Source: Candidatus Hydrogenedentota bacterium (GTDB taxonomy: Bacteria; Hydrogenedentota; Hydrogenedentia; Hydrogenedentales; SLHB01). From it: a DNA stretch of 64,000 nucleotides. Location: positions 256,001-320,000 of the forward strand of contig CAVUWV010000018.1 of the NCBI GenBank assembly GCA_963745075.1, read 5' to 3'. Every line of letters begins with the position of its first letter. Position 1 is the first letter of the stretch. The notes beneath the pieces were generated by a model. The model was not told where the DNA came from. It saw nothing but the letters and a program-made list of their open reading frames with translations, and searched no databases. This document shows, piece by piece, positions 1 to 9,411 of this stretch. Made by a program: the position numbers and the translations under genes.

Positions 1-22
1 CGCAATGCGAATCGTTGCGAAG

Positions 23-60
23 AATTCCCCCTTTGAAGGGGGATCAAGGGGGATGTTCTT
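23..60. repeat. REP-like palindromic repeat (CCCCCTTTGAAGGGGG family), copy 1
   Basis: aattccccctttgaagggggatcaagggggatgttctt; near-identical copies at 37531-37568 (inverted) and 37657-37691. Confidence 0.85.
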
Positions 61-119
61 CTCGGTCTGGCAGGGTTCCGAGAATGAACTCTAATTCTCA
101 GGATAATGCAATAAACGCG

Positions 120-843
120 TTACGGCGCCGCTTTGAATGCGTAAAGCTTGATGTTCCGGACGGCGGAAGCGGTACGCCACGTTGCAATACCCAGAGGCAC
201 TGAGGGCTGGACCTCCCACCGGATGCCGATCTCGCGGCCCTTGGTTTCCACATCCACCAACTTCTCGTCGTCGATCCACGCTTCGATCTTCTCCGGCGTA
301 ACGCGTACCCGAATATGGTACCAGCGGTCCATCTCAAAATCGCGGAACCGCGCCGTCTCGTTGTTGTAGGCGTCGTAGAAATCAAGCGATGAGATGCCGA
401 CGCAGGTGCCGCCCCAGCCGCCGACGATGAACGAGCACGGGTCGTCTCCGTAAGGAAAGGTGAGCCCGCAAAAGAAATCGCTGCCTTCGGTGCGTTTGGC
501 GTCGAGGGAAATCTCGTAGTTCATCCGGACAAGCGGGCCGTGCCACGTGATACCGGTCATGTCGTTGCCGACGCCGAGATTGCAGGTGCCGTCCTTGGCC
601 GTCACGTCACCGCCGTAGGTGAAATCCGAGACTTTCCATCCTTTGGAGTCATGGAACTCGGTCTTGTGGTTCCCCGTTCTCGCCTATATTGTTCGTGAGC
701 ACGAGATCCACGTCGGGAAGATCCTTGTCTTTGGCCTTGGCGCTCTTGCCCTCTTGACCGGTGCTGGCGCAAGCGCCTAAGGTCAGCACGATTAAAAGAG
801 CACAGCCATACCTCATCGCATTGAAGCGATCCCGCGTTATCAT
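120..843 (-). CDS. DUF1080 / 3-keto-disaccharide hydrolase-like lipoprotein, split by a one-base frameshift
   Basis: GGAGG SD before ATG 843; lipobox LGAC; removing one G from the GGGG run near 672-675 joins the N-terminus to HKTEFHDSKGWKVSDFTYGGDVTAKDG...NYEISLDAKRTEGSDFFCGLTFP...WYHIRVRV, a DUF1080-like pattern. Confidence 0.7.
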
Positions 844-984
844 TCCAAATCCTCCAGGCGAAACGTTTCTATTGGGATTTCTTCCGGTGCCGGTTTGGTG
901 TCAACAGGCGGCACGAACACTATCGTATGCGCAACCGGACGTAGCAATCCAGTCGGCGACTCTTACGCATTTGTGAACTCCGGA

Positions 985-2703
985 TCACACACGGCTCAAC
1001 ACCTGATACCGAAGTGCCAGGCGCACAAAGGCGTACATGGCGAAAAAGAGGACCACGGAATACACGACCCCGATCTTGGACGGCCAGATCGAGAAGGCGC
1101 CCACAATCCCCACGAGCATGATCATGTTGCCGATGTGCACCGAGAGACGATCCATCGGAAGACTCACGAGCGTTGCGCGCGATATCTTGCCAATGTGATA
1201 AAGCGTGACCGCAACCGTTGCTATGACAAAGGGCATCAACAGCCATATCCGTTCGGGCGGGAATTGGTATTGGTCCACGGCACTATCGTCGTAGAGTTCC
1301 AGAATCACGCCCATCCGGTTGGTGACCCCGTGAAACGCGAAGAACAGGAAATAGAACACGCAGAAGTGGAGCGCCAAACTCTGCTGCCGGTCGCGGATGA
1401 ATGACGGATCATGCCTCCGCGTGCCCACGATGCAGATCCAAGTTACGGCCGCCACGTAGAACGCGCCGACAGGCCAACCCGCAACCCTTCCGTCCTCGTA
1501 GTAGATATACAAGAACACCAAGAGGACGCCGGCAGCCGACGCGAGCGGCCTGCACCACGCATCCACGAAGGTCCACGACTTGGCGGGGCGATCGAGGGGC
1601 GTACCCGCGCGGCGAAGGGCCCAGCACATCGCAAGTACGTAGACAATGCCCAGGTTAAACCCGGCGTTGAGTTCCCACATTTTCCACCAATCGATGTACT
1701 GCGGGTTTACCCCGTACCCGAGGCACCAGAGTGCGCTGAGGACCATGCCGACGCCGAATCCGAAGCCAAGCAGAGAGCCCATGACTAACGTTGTCTTGTC
1801 CCGCTGCAGCGCGGCTACGAGCAGCGCACCAACCCACCACGCAATGACGATGGCGTTCTGCGCGTTCGTGTAGACGGTGCGGCCAAGGTGCTTGCCCAGT
1901 TCGCCGGTAAATAAGCCGAGGCTGTCGTTCGGGAAGAACAGCCACAGTCCCATCCAATACAGGAGACCTGCCGTGTAGGCGACGCTCAATATGGAAAGTA
2001 TCCAACCAACGACGCGGGCCACTCCGGCCCTACGGCTCACGATCCAACTGACGGCAATAAGCGCCATCGCCACGCACCACGCGCCGATCATGAACGTCGA
2101 GGTATGAATGAACGAGACGGGCGGAAGCTCGGTCCCTGGTTGCGGCACGTAGATTCCCAGACTGTAGTTGGGGAAGAACCAGCCGGGCTGAATCTGGATG
2201 AGCATTCGGCCCAACAGGGCCACGCCCAAGGGTGCGACAATGCGCGTCAACCAGCGATGTAGCGATTCCGTGCCGCCGAGGAGCCATCCGAGCGCGATGC
2301 CGCCCGGCGCGGCCCAGGCGACTCCGATCAGAACGAACCAAAAATAGCCGTGCGCCGACGCCACGTGAATGGTCTCGTCGCCAACTTCGAAGATACCGCG
2401 AATCCATCCGACGTATTGACCGTAGCCCCACTCACCGCCGATGGAGACCCCCATTCCCAACCATAGCCCGATGCCGCGCGCGTCGACCCCCCGGCATCGG
2501 CACACCCAGTACCAGAGGATGCCCCAGGCCATTCCCGGCACGATGACGCCATCAATCCCGCCCCAGCCGGAGGTTCCGCGAATGGCCCAGGCGATCGCCC
2601 CGACGCAACCAAACAAAAGCGCCAGCAGAATAAACTCCGCATTCGCGCCGACACGCAACGGTGTGTGCCGCGCATGAAGCGACTCATCGGAAATGGCGAG
2701 CAT
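985..2703 (-). CDS. Multi-pass integral membrane protein of unknown function
   Basis: 572-aa ORF with many hydrophobic Gly/Trp-rich segments. Confidence 0.75.
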   Translation of the reverse strand: MLAISDESLHARHTPLRVGANAEFILLALLFGCVGAIAWAIRGTSGWGGIDGVIVPGMAWGILWYWVCRCRGVDARGIGLWLGMGVSIGGEWGYGQYVGWIRGIFEVGDETIHVASAHGYFWFVLIGVAWAAPGGIALGWLLGGTESLHRWLTRIVAPLGVALLGRMLIQIQPGWFFPNYSLGIYVPQPGTELPPVSFIHTSTFMIGAWCVAMALIAVSWIVSRRAGVARVVGWILSILSVAYTAGLLYWMGLWLFFPNDSLGLFTGELGKHLGRTVYTNAQNAIVIAWWVGALLVAALQRDKTTLVMGSLLGFGFGVGMVLSALWCLGYGVNPQYIDWWKMWELNAGFNLGIVYVLAMCWALRRAGTPLDRPAKSWTFVDAWCRPLASAAGVLLVFLYIYYEDGRVAGWPVGAFYVAAVTWICIVGTRRHDPSFIRDRQQSLALHFCVFYFLFFAFHGVTNRMGVILELYDDSAVDQYQFPPERIWLLMPFVIATVAVTLYHIGKISRATLVSLPMDRLSVHIGNMIMLVGIVGAFSIWPSKIGVVYSVVLFFAMYAFVRLALRYQVLSRV

Positions 2704-2810
2704 GAACGTCCCCCGTTTACCCCAATTTCAGGCCCGATTGCTTTCGGTGGGCGGTAGTGTCCCATGGTTTGGCCGAGATATCAAGACTGCCGGGAAAGTA
2801 GCGGCAAAAC

Positions 2811-2843
2811 AAAAAAAAGAGGCCAACCCATACCGGTTGGCCC
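2811..2843 (-). terminator. Intrinsic terminator of tRNA-Leu
   Basis: Minus strand GGCCAACC-loop-GGTTGGCC followed by TCTTTTTTTT just 3' of the tRNA. Confidence 0.85.
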
Positions 2844-2855
2844 CGAGTTTTCAGA

Positions 2856-2942
2856 TGGTGCCGGGGAAGGGAATCGAACCCCCACTCCCTTGCGGGAACC
2901 GGATTTTGAGTCCGGCGCGTCTGCCAGTTTCGCCACCCCGGC
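2856..2942 (-). tRNA. tRNA-Leu(CAA)
   Basis: GCCGGGGTGGCGAAACTGGCAGACGCGCCGGACTCAAAATCCGG...GGTTCGATTCCCTTCCCCGGCACCA; anticodon CAA, long variable arm, encoded CCA, 87 nt. Confidence 0.97.
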
Positions 2943-2952
2943 AAGAAGCGGG

Positions 2953-2982
2953 AGTATAGCGAATAGACCAGAGGCGATGCAA
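2953..2982 (-). promoter_or_regulatory. Putative sigma70 promoter of tRNA-Leu
   Basis: TTGCAT-N18-TATACT ending 10 nt upstream of the tRNA 5' end. Confidence 0.55.
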
Positions 2983-3140
2983 TCTGGGGTCGGGTCGGTT
3001 GCCATTTTGTCCATTAATGGTCCAGCCATCGAGAGGAGCCGATTCGGATCATTGGAATATCGAGCATGATCAACATCGGTCGACGCGGAAGGAATCTGCT
3101 ACACTGAACTCCGGCCCGGGCACGCACGAGGAGAACTGTC

Positions 3141-3704
3141 TTGGAACTGGACCGAATCACGGATGCCTGGACGGTGTACGAGGACGAGAAGGGTCGTACA
3201 CACGTCACTCGACATAAGATTCCGGAACCGGACCACTACGCTTCGAATGGGTCCTCTCAAATCGAAGCCTATGTGACGAAGGTGGTTCACTCGACAGAGA
3301 GTTTCTCCTCGCTCATTGTTTCCACACCCGATGGAGAGGTCGCTCTCCTTCTTCTGAAACAAGATAGCAACCTACAGATCACGCTATCGATAGATGTCAC
3401 GAGTAAACCTGATGAAGAACAGGCACTGAGGAGATTCTTTGCGTGCCGAGGAATCGGACCCATCGACGACTACCTTGCTCAGAACGGGGATGTCCCTGAC
3501 GCCACTCGAATGCTGAGTTTCCCCTTACCGTCTGACATAGAATTCGTGACGGTCCTTAGCAAGGAACTGCTTGTACAAGTCTACGGGGTGAATGAGCGCG
3601 CGGCGTTAGATTTCAGCTTTGAAGAATCGACTACGCGACCTCGTATGTCGCTACGTTCGCGGATATTGGGCATTATCTTCGGATGGTTCGTTGGAGGGGC
3701 TTAA
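3141..3704 (+). CDS. Hypothetical protein
   Basis: 187-aa ORF with protein-like composition; start uncertain; no family recognised. Confidence 0.55.
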   Translation: MELDRITDAWTVYEDEKGRTHVTRHKIPEPDHYASNGSSQIEAYVTKVVHSTESFSSLIVSTPDGEVALLLLKQDSNLQITLSIDVTSKPDEEQALRRFFACRGIGPIDDYLAQNGDVPDATRMLSFPLPSDIEFVTVLSKELLVQVYGVNERAALDFSFEESTTRPRMSLRSRILGIIFGWFVGGA

Positions 3705-3791
3705 GGTCCCATTGAGCGCGGGAGAATAACAGGGAACCCAGCGAACCTAAGAACCCGATCAGACCGAAAACAAGCGCGGTGGCTCAAAGAC

Positions 3792-4016
3792 CTACGTTGT
3801 CGAAAGGGGACGGAGTTCGAAGATGCGCCCGAAGTGGGCAGCCGCTTTCGGGTCGCCACGCCGAAGGGCTTCACGGGCATCGTCCAATCGATGGGCGTCT
3901 TCCACGCTCAAGCAAGGCGACCATCCACTTTCCTTGTCCAGAAGTTCCACTTCCACATCTGCTACATAGGACCCTTCATGCACGTATTTGGTCTTCTTTC
4001 GCCTTTGCATGGACAT
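3792..4016 (-). CDS. Small conserved hypothetical protein (possible orphan toxin-antitoxin partner)
   Basis: KTKYVHEGSYVADVEVEL...WSPCLSVEDAHRLDDAREALRRGD...IFELRP resembles a widespread ~70-aa family (from recall, not searched). Confidence 0.6.
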   Translation of the reverse strand: MSMQRRKKTKYVHEGSYVADVEVELLDKESGWSPCLSVEDAHRLDDAREALRRGDPKAAAHFGRIFELRPLSTT

Positions 4017-4025
4017 CGCTTTTCG

Positions 4026-5232
4026 CTAAAATCGGTCAAACATCCACACATACGGCGCACGCTTTGGGAAGATGGTGGTAAACAAAGCCCGCGCTTCGGG
4101 GGAAATCAGGCAGCGGCGTTCGTCGAGCAGGTCTTCGGCGTAACGGTAGCCGGTGACGAGATGCATGAGATCGCCGTGGGTGAGGCTAATCTTGGAGGCG
4201 CCCACTCCGGTTGCGATATCGACGGCGCCGTGATTGGAACGGATACGGTAGGCGCTTCCATTTACGAGCAGCGTGAATTCGGTGCGCAATTCCCTGACCG
4301 CGCTGCGGCCGATCAATGACTCCCACTCCGGAATCATGGATTCAAGTGTCTCGCCGACGTTCGACAAAGGCCATCATGCCGCCGCCGTCGCGATCGACGC
4401 GCATTTCGTGCACGGAACGGAACTGCGAGAGGAAACGTCCGAAGGCGTTGGACGGCGGCACGTGGAACCGCACCCGCGCCAATCCTTCCTGCTCGGCGAA
4501 ATGTCCGGCGGCGGACACCACGGCGGCGCAGATTCCGGGATGATCCACCCCCACTTCACAGATTTGCAAGGACTCGCCATCCGGCCGGGCCAGGTAGTAG
4601 GCGACGAGTTTGCCGCGTTCGTCTTTCAACACGCGCCACTCGCTCCATCGGCTCCACTTGTTGCGGATGTGCCCGGCGGAACGAATGAGCGAGCAGACAG
4701 ATGTGCGGTCGTTGGCATTATGGATCTTTTGGATCGCGGCCACGTCGCCCGGCTTGGCGGGGTGTTCGCGGAACGGGTTCTCAAAGGACAAGGCCTCCAT
4801 CGTATCGAGCCAGACCGAATAGTCAGCAAGCGTCGTCACGTAGCCGAATCGTTGATAGAAGTCGACGATGCCGAACAGCATGGACACGTGATACCCGTGT
4901 TCACGCATGTAGTGCATGGTGTCTTCGATGAGTTGGCGACTGACACCCCGCCGCTGGTAATGCGCGGCGGTCGCGACCCACCCAAGTCCGCCCATTTTCA
5001 GACGGGCTTCCCCAAGTCGAATGGTGTCCGTGGTGAGGCGCAATGCGCCCAGAACTTCGTGCTTGCGGACGGCGATACGCGTGTGTTCGCGACGGTAACC
5101 CGGGTACTGAGCGGCACAGGATTCCAGCCACCGGGTAGCGAGATCATCGCCTTCGGTGTGCGCCTTGGCCATCAAGTCGATGGCCATGCGCAGTTCGTCG
5201 CTGGATTCCACCGGTTTTACTGCAATCTCCAT
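4026..5232 (-). CDS. Eis-like GNAT acetyltransferase with C-terminal SCP2-like domain, one-base frameshift near 4360
   Basis: GGLGWVATAAHYQRRGVSRQL acetyl-CoA motif, SMLFGIVDFYQRFGY; C-terminal frame ends LFTTIFPKRAPYVWMFDRF as in the Eis family. Confidence 0.8.
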
Positions 5233-5354
5233 CGTTCACACGTCCGTTAGGATTCCCCAATTCTGGGTGAATTGTACCACAGAACATGCGGGGGACATGG
5301 AGCGGGAATACGAAAATGCACGGGGATTTCGCCCGCCGGGAATTCGGCGGGAAC

Positions 5355-6707
5355 CTACTCGTGCCGCAGGGCTTCCACGGGATCCATATTGGCGGCGCGC
5401 ATGGCGGGATAGATGCCGAAAACGATCCCCACGATGGCCGATATACTGAAGGCAATCATGGGCGACCACGGGGTTACGATCGTTTTGAGGTCCGCGAAGT
5501 ACTGGATGAAATAGGGTATCGCCAGTCCCAGCGCGACCCCGATAATCCCGCCCGTGGCGGAGAGCAGTACGGTCTCGATCAGAAATTGAAGCACGATGTC
5601 CTTTTTCTTGGCGCCGAGCGCGCGCCGGATACCGATTTCGCGGGTTCGTTCCGTGACGGTCGCCAACATAATATTCATGATTCCGATACCGCCAACGAGG
5701 AGGGAAATCGCGGCGATCGCACCCAACACAATGTTGAAGATGCGCTTGGTCCGTTCCGCTTGGCGTAGCAGATCGAGGGGAACGATGATCTCGTAGTCTA
5801 TCTTCTTATGGGTAGAGGCCAGAAGGTCGGCGATGATGTGCCACGTCTCGACGACGTCATCGATATTGTCTACCTTTACCGTCGCTTCGTGCAGTTGCAC
5901 GCGTTCGGCATTAAAGCTGCCGCTGCTCCGCTGGACGATCAGCTCGCCGAATCGGTTTTTCGATGCCGTCAGCGGAATGTACATTTCAAACGGAGCGCCG
6001 GTCGAGTGGCCGCCGTTTCCCAGGCCGCCGTTGGTGGGCGAAGCCATGGTGTTCCGCTCCGACTCCGGTTCCATCATTCCGATAACCTGATAGTAGTCGC
6101 CGTCCACCCGCACCATCTTGCCGATGGGATCGTCGATGGGAAACAACCGCGGGGCCATGCCATCGCCGAGCACACAAACGTTCACATTGTTTTCCAGTTC
6201 CTCTTCCGTGAAAAAGCGGCCGCTCGACACGTAGTGGTTGCGCATTGCAGGGTATTCGGGAACGGTGCCGATGATGTCGCAATCGATCCGGTTCGGCCCG
6301 TTCCACACGTCCTTCCGAACGATTCGGGAAGGGATGATGGTATCCACGGTAGGGATGGTGGCTTCCATGCGGTCAACGTCGTCGTAGGTGACACCGTACT
6401 CGACGACAAAGTTCCGTTCCGCAGTGCTGCTCCGATCTTCGGGAGGTTTGACGCTGCGGATGATTATGTTGTTGCTGCCAAGGCGGCGAATCTGTTGCTG
6501 GGCTTCAAAGCTCAACCCTTCGCCGATGGCGAGCATGGCGATCACGGAACATACGCCGAAGACGATACCGAGACCGGTCAGCAACGAGCGCAGACGATGC
6601 AGCCACAGACTTTTCAGACCCAGGCGTATGGAACGCCGGATACGCTCGGCGTCGCCCGCCCAGCGGGACCAGGAGAATCCGGATGCCTGGCTAGTTGCGG
6701 CGGTCAT
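5355..6707 (-). CDS. MacB/FtsX-family ABC transporter permease
   Basis: RSLLTGLGIVFGV; VGGIGIMNIMLATVTERTREIGIRRALGA; FGIYPAMRAANMDPVEALRHE. Confidence 0.95.
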   Translation of the reverse strand: MTAATSQASGFSWSRWAGDAERIRRSIRLGLKSLWLHRLRSLLTGLGIVFGVCSVIAMLAIGEGLSFEAQQQIRRLGSNNIIIRSVKPPEDRSSTAERNFVVEYGVTYDDVDRMEATIPTVDTIIPSRIVRKDVWNGPNRIDCDIIGTVPEYPAMRNHYVSSGRFFTEEELENNVNVCVLGDGMAPRLFPIDDPIGKMVRVDGDYYQVIGMMEPESERNTMASPTNGGLGNGGHSTGAPFEMYIPLTASKNRFGELIVQRSSGSFNAERVQLHEATVKVDNIDDVVETWHIIADLLASTHKKIDYEIIVPLDLLRQAERTKRIFNIVLGAIAAISLLVGGIGIMNIMLATVTERTREIGIRRALGAKKKDIVLQFLIETVLLSATGGIIGVALGLAIPYFIQYFADLKTIVTPWSPMIAFSISAIVGIVFGIYPAMRAANMDPVEALRHE

Positions 6708-7380
6708 CGCTCTCCACCTGTCCATCGCGCAGACGAATGACACGGCCAGCACGCTCGGAGATCTCGTCGGAGTGGGTCACCATGATGATGGTCTTGCCCT
6801 GATTGTGCAAGTCGTCAAACACGCCGAGTATGTCCGAGCCGGACGATGAATCGAGGTTACCGGTGGGTTCGTCGGCCAGGATGATCAGCGGATCGTTGGC
6901 CAGGGCCCGCGCCACGGCAACACGTTGCTGCTGTCCGCCGGACAACTCGAACGGTTTGTGATCCATGCGGTCACCCAGCCCCACGCGTTCCGCCAATTGC
7001 ATCGAGACGATATGACTTTCGTGCTGGGGGCGACCCTGGTAATACAACGGAACCTCGATGTTTTCGAGCACGTTCAGTTGCTGGATGAGATTGTAGGACT
7101 GAAAGACGAAACCAATCCGGGTACCCCGAATGGTCGACAGTTCGTCATCGTCAAGTGTCGAGACATCATCGGTGCCGAGGATGTAGGTGCCTTTGCTCGG
7201 ACGATCGAGGCACCCCAGGATATTCAACAAGGTCGACTTGCCGCACCCGGAGGGGCCCATGATCGTAATGTATTCACCGGGGAAGAAGTCCAGCGATACG
7301 CCGCGCAGGGCTTCCACCATGATCGAACCCATCAGATATTGCTTGCGAACCTCATCTATTTTTGCGATGGCGTCTTGCAC
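6691..7380 (-). CDS. ABC transporter ATP-binding protein (LolD/MacB type)
   Basis: Walker [10 protein letters not shown], signature [19 protein letters not shown]. Confidence 0.95.
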   Translation of the reverse strand: MQDAIAKIDEVRKQYLMGSIMVEALRGVSLDFFPGEYITIMGPSGCGKSTLLNILGCLDRPSKGTYILGTDDVSTLDDDELSTIRGTRIGFVFQSYNLIQQLNVLENIEVPLYYQGRPQHESHIVSMQLAERVGLGDRMDHKPFELSGGQQQRVAVARALANDPLIILADEPTGNLDSSSGSDILGVFDDLHNQGKTIIMVTHSDEISERAGRVIRLRDGQVESDDRRN

Positions 7381-7389
7381 TGTTCCATG

Positions 7390-9411
7390 TCAACCTTGCT
7401 GCGGACCGCGTCCTGCGCCGGAATCATCACCGCCTCGTTGTCCGCCACCTTGGTCGTCGCCTCCGTCCGGTTGCTGCTTCTTCTCTTCACCGCCGGGTCC
7501 GGACTTCTCCGTGGTTGAGTGTCCCTGGGGGGCGCGCAACAACACGCGCTCACCCTCTTTCAAGCCATTGTTGATGGCGATGAACTCCCTGTTGAAGTCT
7601 CCAGTTTCGACGATCCGCCGTTCCGTGCGCCCACTCGACGTTTCTACGTAGCAAACGCGCTGGTCTTTTTCCGCCTGCACGGCCTGAATCGGCACGTATA
7701 CCACATCGGCAAGCTGCGCGACTTCGATTTCTACCTGGGCGCTCATTCCCGGCTTCAACCAATCGTAGGTGCCACCGATGCTCACCATCGTGGGGTAGAG
7801 TTTCAAGTCCGGATTCATCCATCGCGACGTGGAGTCCGGAATCACGCTCACCTTGATGACCTCTCCCGTCAATTCCTCATCTTTGTACGTATCCAAATGG
7901 ATGCGCGCCCTTTGCCCCTTCTTGATCTTCTTGATCGACGATTCGTGAATCTTGACCTTCACGGCCATCTGGGTCATATCGGGAATGGTAATGATCTCTT
8001 GCCGTTCGTAGACCGCCGCGCCTTCTTCGATCTGATCGCGGTTTCGCCAAGGCTCGTCGCTACCCGCGTAAACTACGAGTCCGGGTCGTTCCGCACGGAT
8101 GGTGCACGCGTCCAACTGGTCCTGCAACTCTTTCATGCGGGCTTCGCGCAGCTTGAAATTGGCTTCGCTCGATTTCCATTTGGCTTCCGCTTGCGCTTCG
8201 GTGGCGACGCCCTTCTTGATGGTCCGTTCGAGTTTGCGAATCGCCTCCTCGTAATCGGAGAGGAGCTTTTCCGCCTGCTTGGGAAATTCGTACTTGATGA
8301 AAAGTTCTTCGGCCGTCTCGGCCGATTCAAGGCTGATCGTGTTCTTTTTGACACTCATTTCGTCGCCGTCCAATTCCTGCTTGGTGACGAAATTCTTCTC
8401 GGCCAGCCGGCGCGTCCCTTCCAGTTTCACTTTGGCGAGGGCGAGTTCCTCTTCCGAGATCAACCGATCGCTCTGCAACGTGCGCAAGGTTTGCTCGGCT
8501 TCGCCATCACCCAGCTTTTCGGGCGACGCATATTGGGAGAAATCCACATCGGGCCGGTTCAAGTCCGTCACCGATGAGCTGGCCATTTGTACCGCTTCGT
8601 CTGAACCCGGCTCGACGACGGTCGCCGGATCGACTTCGGGCGGATCGCTGGAGGTGCCGGTCGTTGCGACGGGTACCTTGTCGCCAGCCATTTCGGCGGG
8701 AAGGTCGCCACCCTCCAAGTCCGATTCGGCTTTCGACCCATCGAGTTCGATCGAGGCGGCATCAGGGTTCTCCTCGACCGTGACGGTGGCATCCGCGGCA
8801 ATGCTTTCTTCCGATGCCTCGCGCGTCTCCTCGACCATGGCATCGATGTCGACCGCAAGATCGAGATTGTCCACGATGTCGTCAGCCAACTGGTCGCCCA
8901 TATACTTCTTGAAATCCATCAACGCGAATTTCACTTCGAGTTCCGACGCCTTGATATCGCTTTCATTCTGCTTGACCTGGATCTCGTACTGTTCGCGGGC
9001 GTCCGTAAAGTTGGCGTATGCGCTCTGAAACTCGATGGTCTGCTGGGTGATCTTCTCGAGCAGTTCGGAGTCGTCCAAGGTGACGAGGATTTTGCCTTCG
9101 TCCACGTCCTGCTGGGTCACGAGGTACCCTTCTTCCACGATGGAGAGGATTTTGGTCTCGCCCTTAATCTCCGACTTAATCGTCTGCGATTCCCGGGCTT
9201 CTACATTGCCTCCCTCCACCACGGAGATGGTAAGGGGTCCCCGCCGCGCGGCAAAGGTGGTGCGCAGTCCGCTCTCCTCTCCCCCTCCTCGGAAGTACAG
9301 AACAATCGCCGCCAATATGACCACCGCAGCGGCAATTCGCACGTAGCGATTGCGCAGGAGCGCACGGAACTTACTTTTCCGCGGTTTGGTCTGAGGTCTC
9401 TGTTGGGACAT
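7390..9411 (-). CDS. MacA/HlyD-like periplasmic adaptor subunit, unusually long
   Basis: N-terminal TM, lipoyl-like halves, long coiled coil, LKPGMSAQVEI and VVYVPIQAV...GLKEGERV motifs. Confidence 0.9.
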   Translation of the reverse strand: MSQQRPQTKPRKSKFRALLRNRYVRIAAAVVILAAIVLYFRGGGEESGLRTTFAARRGPLTISVVEGGNVEARESQTIKSEIKGETKILSIVEEGYLVTQQDVDEGKILVTLDDSELLEKITQQTIEFQSAYANFTDAREQYEIQVKQNESDIKASELEVKFALMDFKKYMGDQLADDIVDNLDLAVDIDAMVEETREASEESIAADATVTVEENPDAASIELDGSKAESDLEGGDLPAEMAGDKVPVATTGTSSDPPEVDPATVVEPGSDEAVQMASSSVTDLNRPDVDFSQYASPEKLGDGEAEQTLRTLQSDRLISEEELALAKVKLEGTRRLAEKNFVTKQELDGDEMSVKKNTISLESAETAEELFIKYEFPKQAEKLLSDYEEAIRKLERTIKKGVATEAQAEAKWKSSEANFKLREARMKELQDQLDACTIRAERPGLVVYAGSDEPWRNRDQIEEGAAVYERQEIITIPDMTQMAVKVKIHESSIKKIKKGQRARIHLDTYKDEELTGEVIKVSVIPDSTSRWMNPDLKLYPTMVSIGGTYDWLKPGMSAQVEIEVAQLADVVYVPIQAVQAEKDQRVCYVETSSGRTERRIVETGDFNREFIAINNGLKEGERVLLRAPQGHSTTEKSGPGGEEKKQQPDGGDDQGGGQRGGDDSGAGRGPQQG

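Noticed and set aside
2856..3790. Integrative element at tRNA-Leu
   Set aside because: No integrase and no duplicated tRNA 3' end found; the terminator follows the tRNA directly
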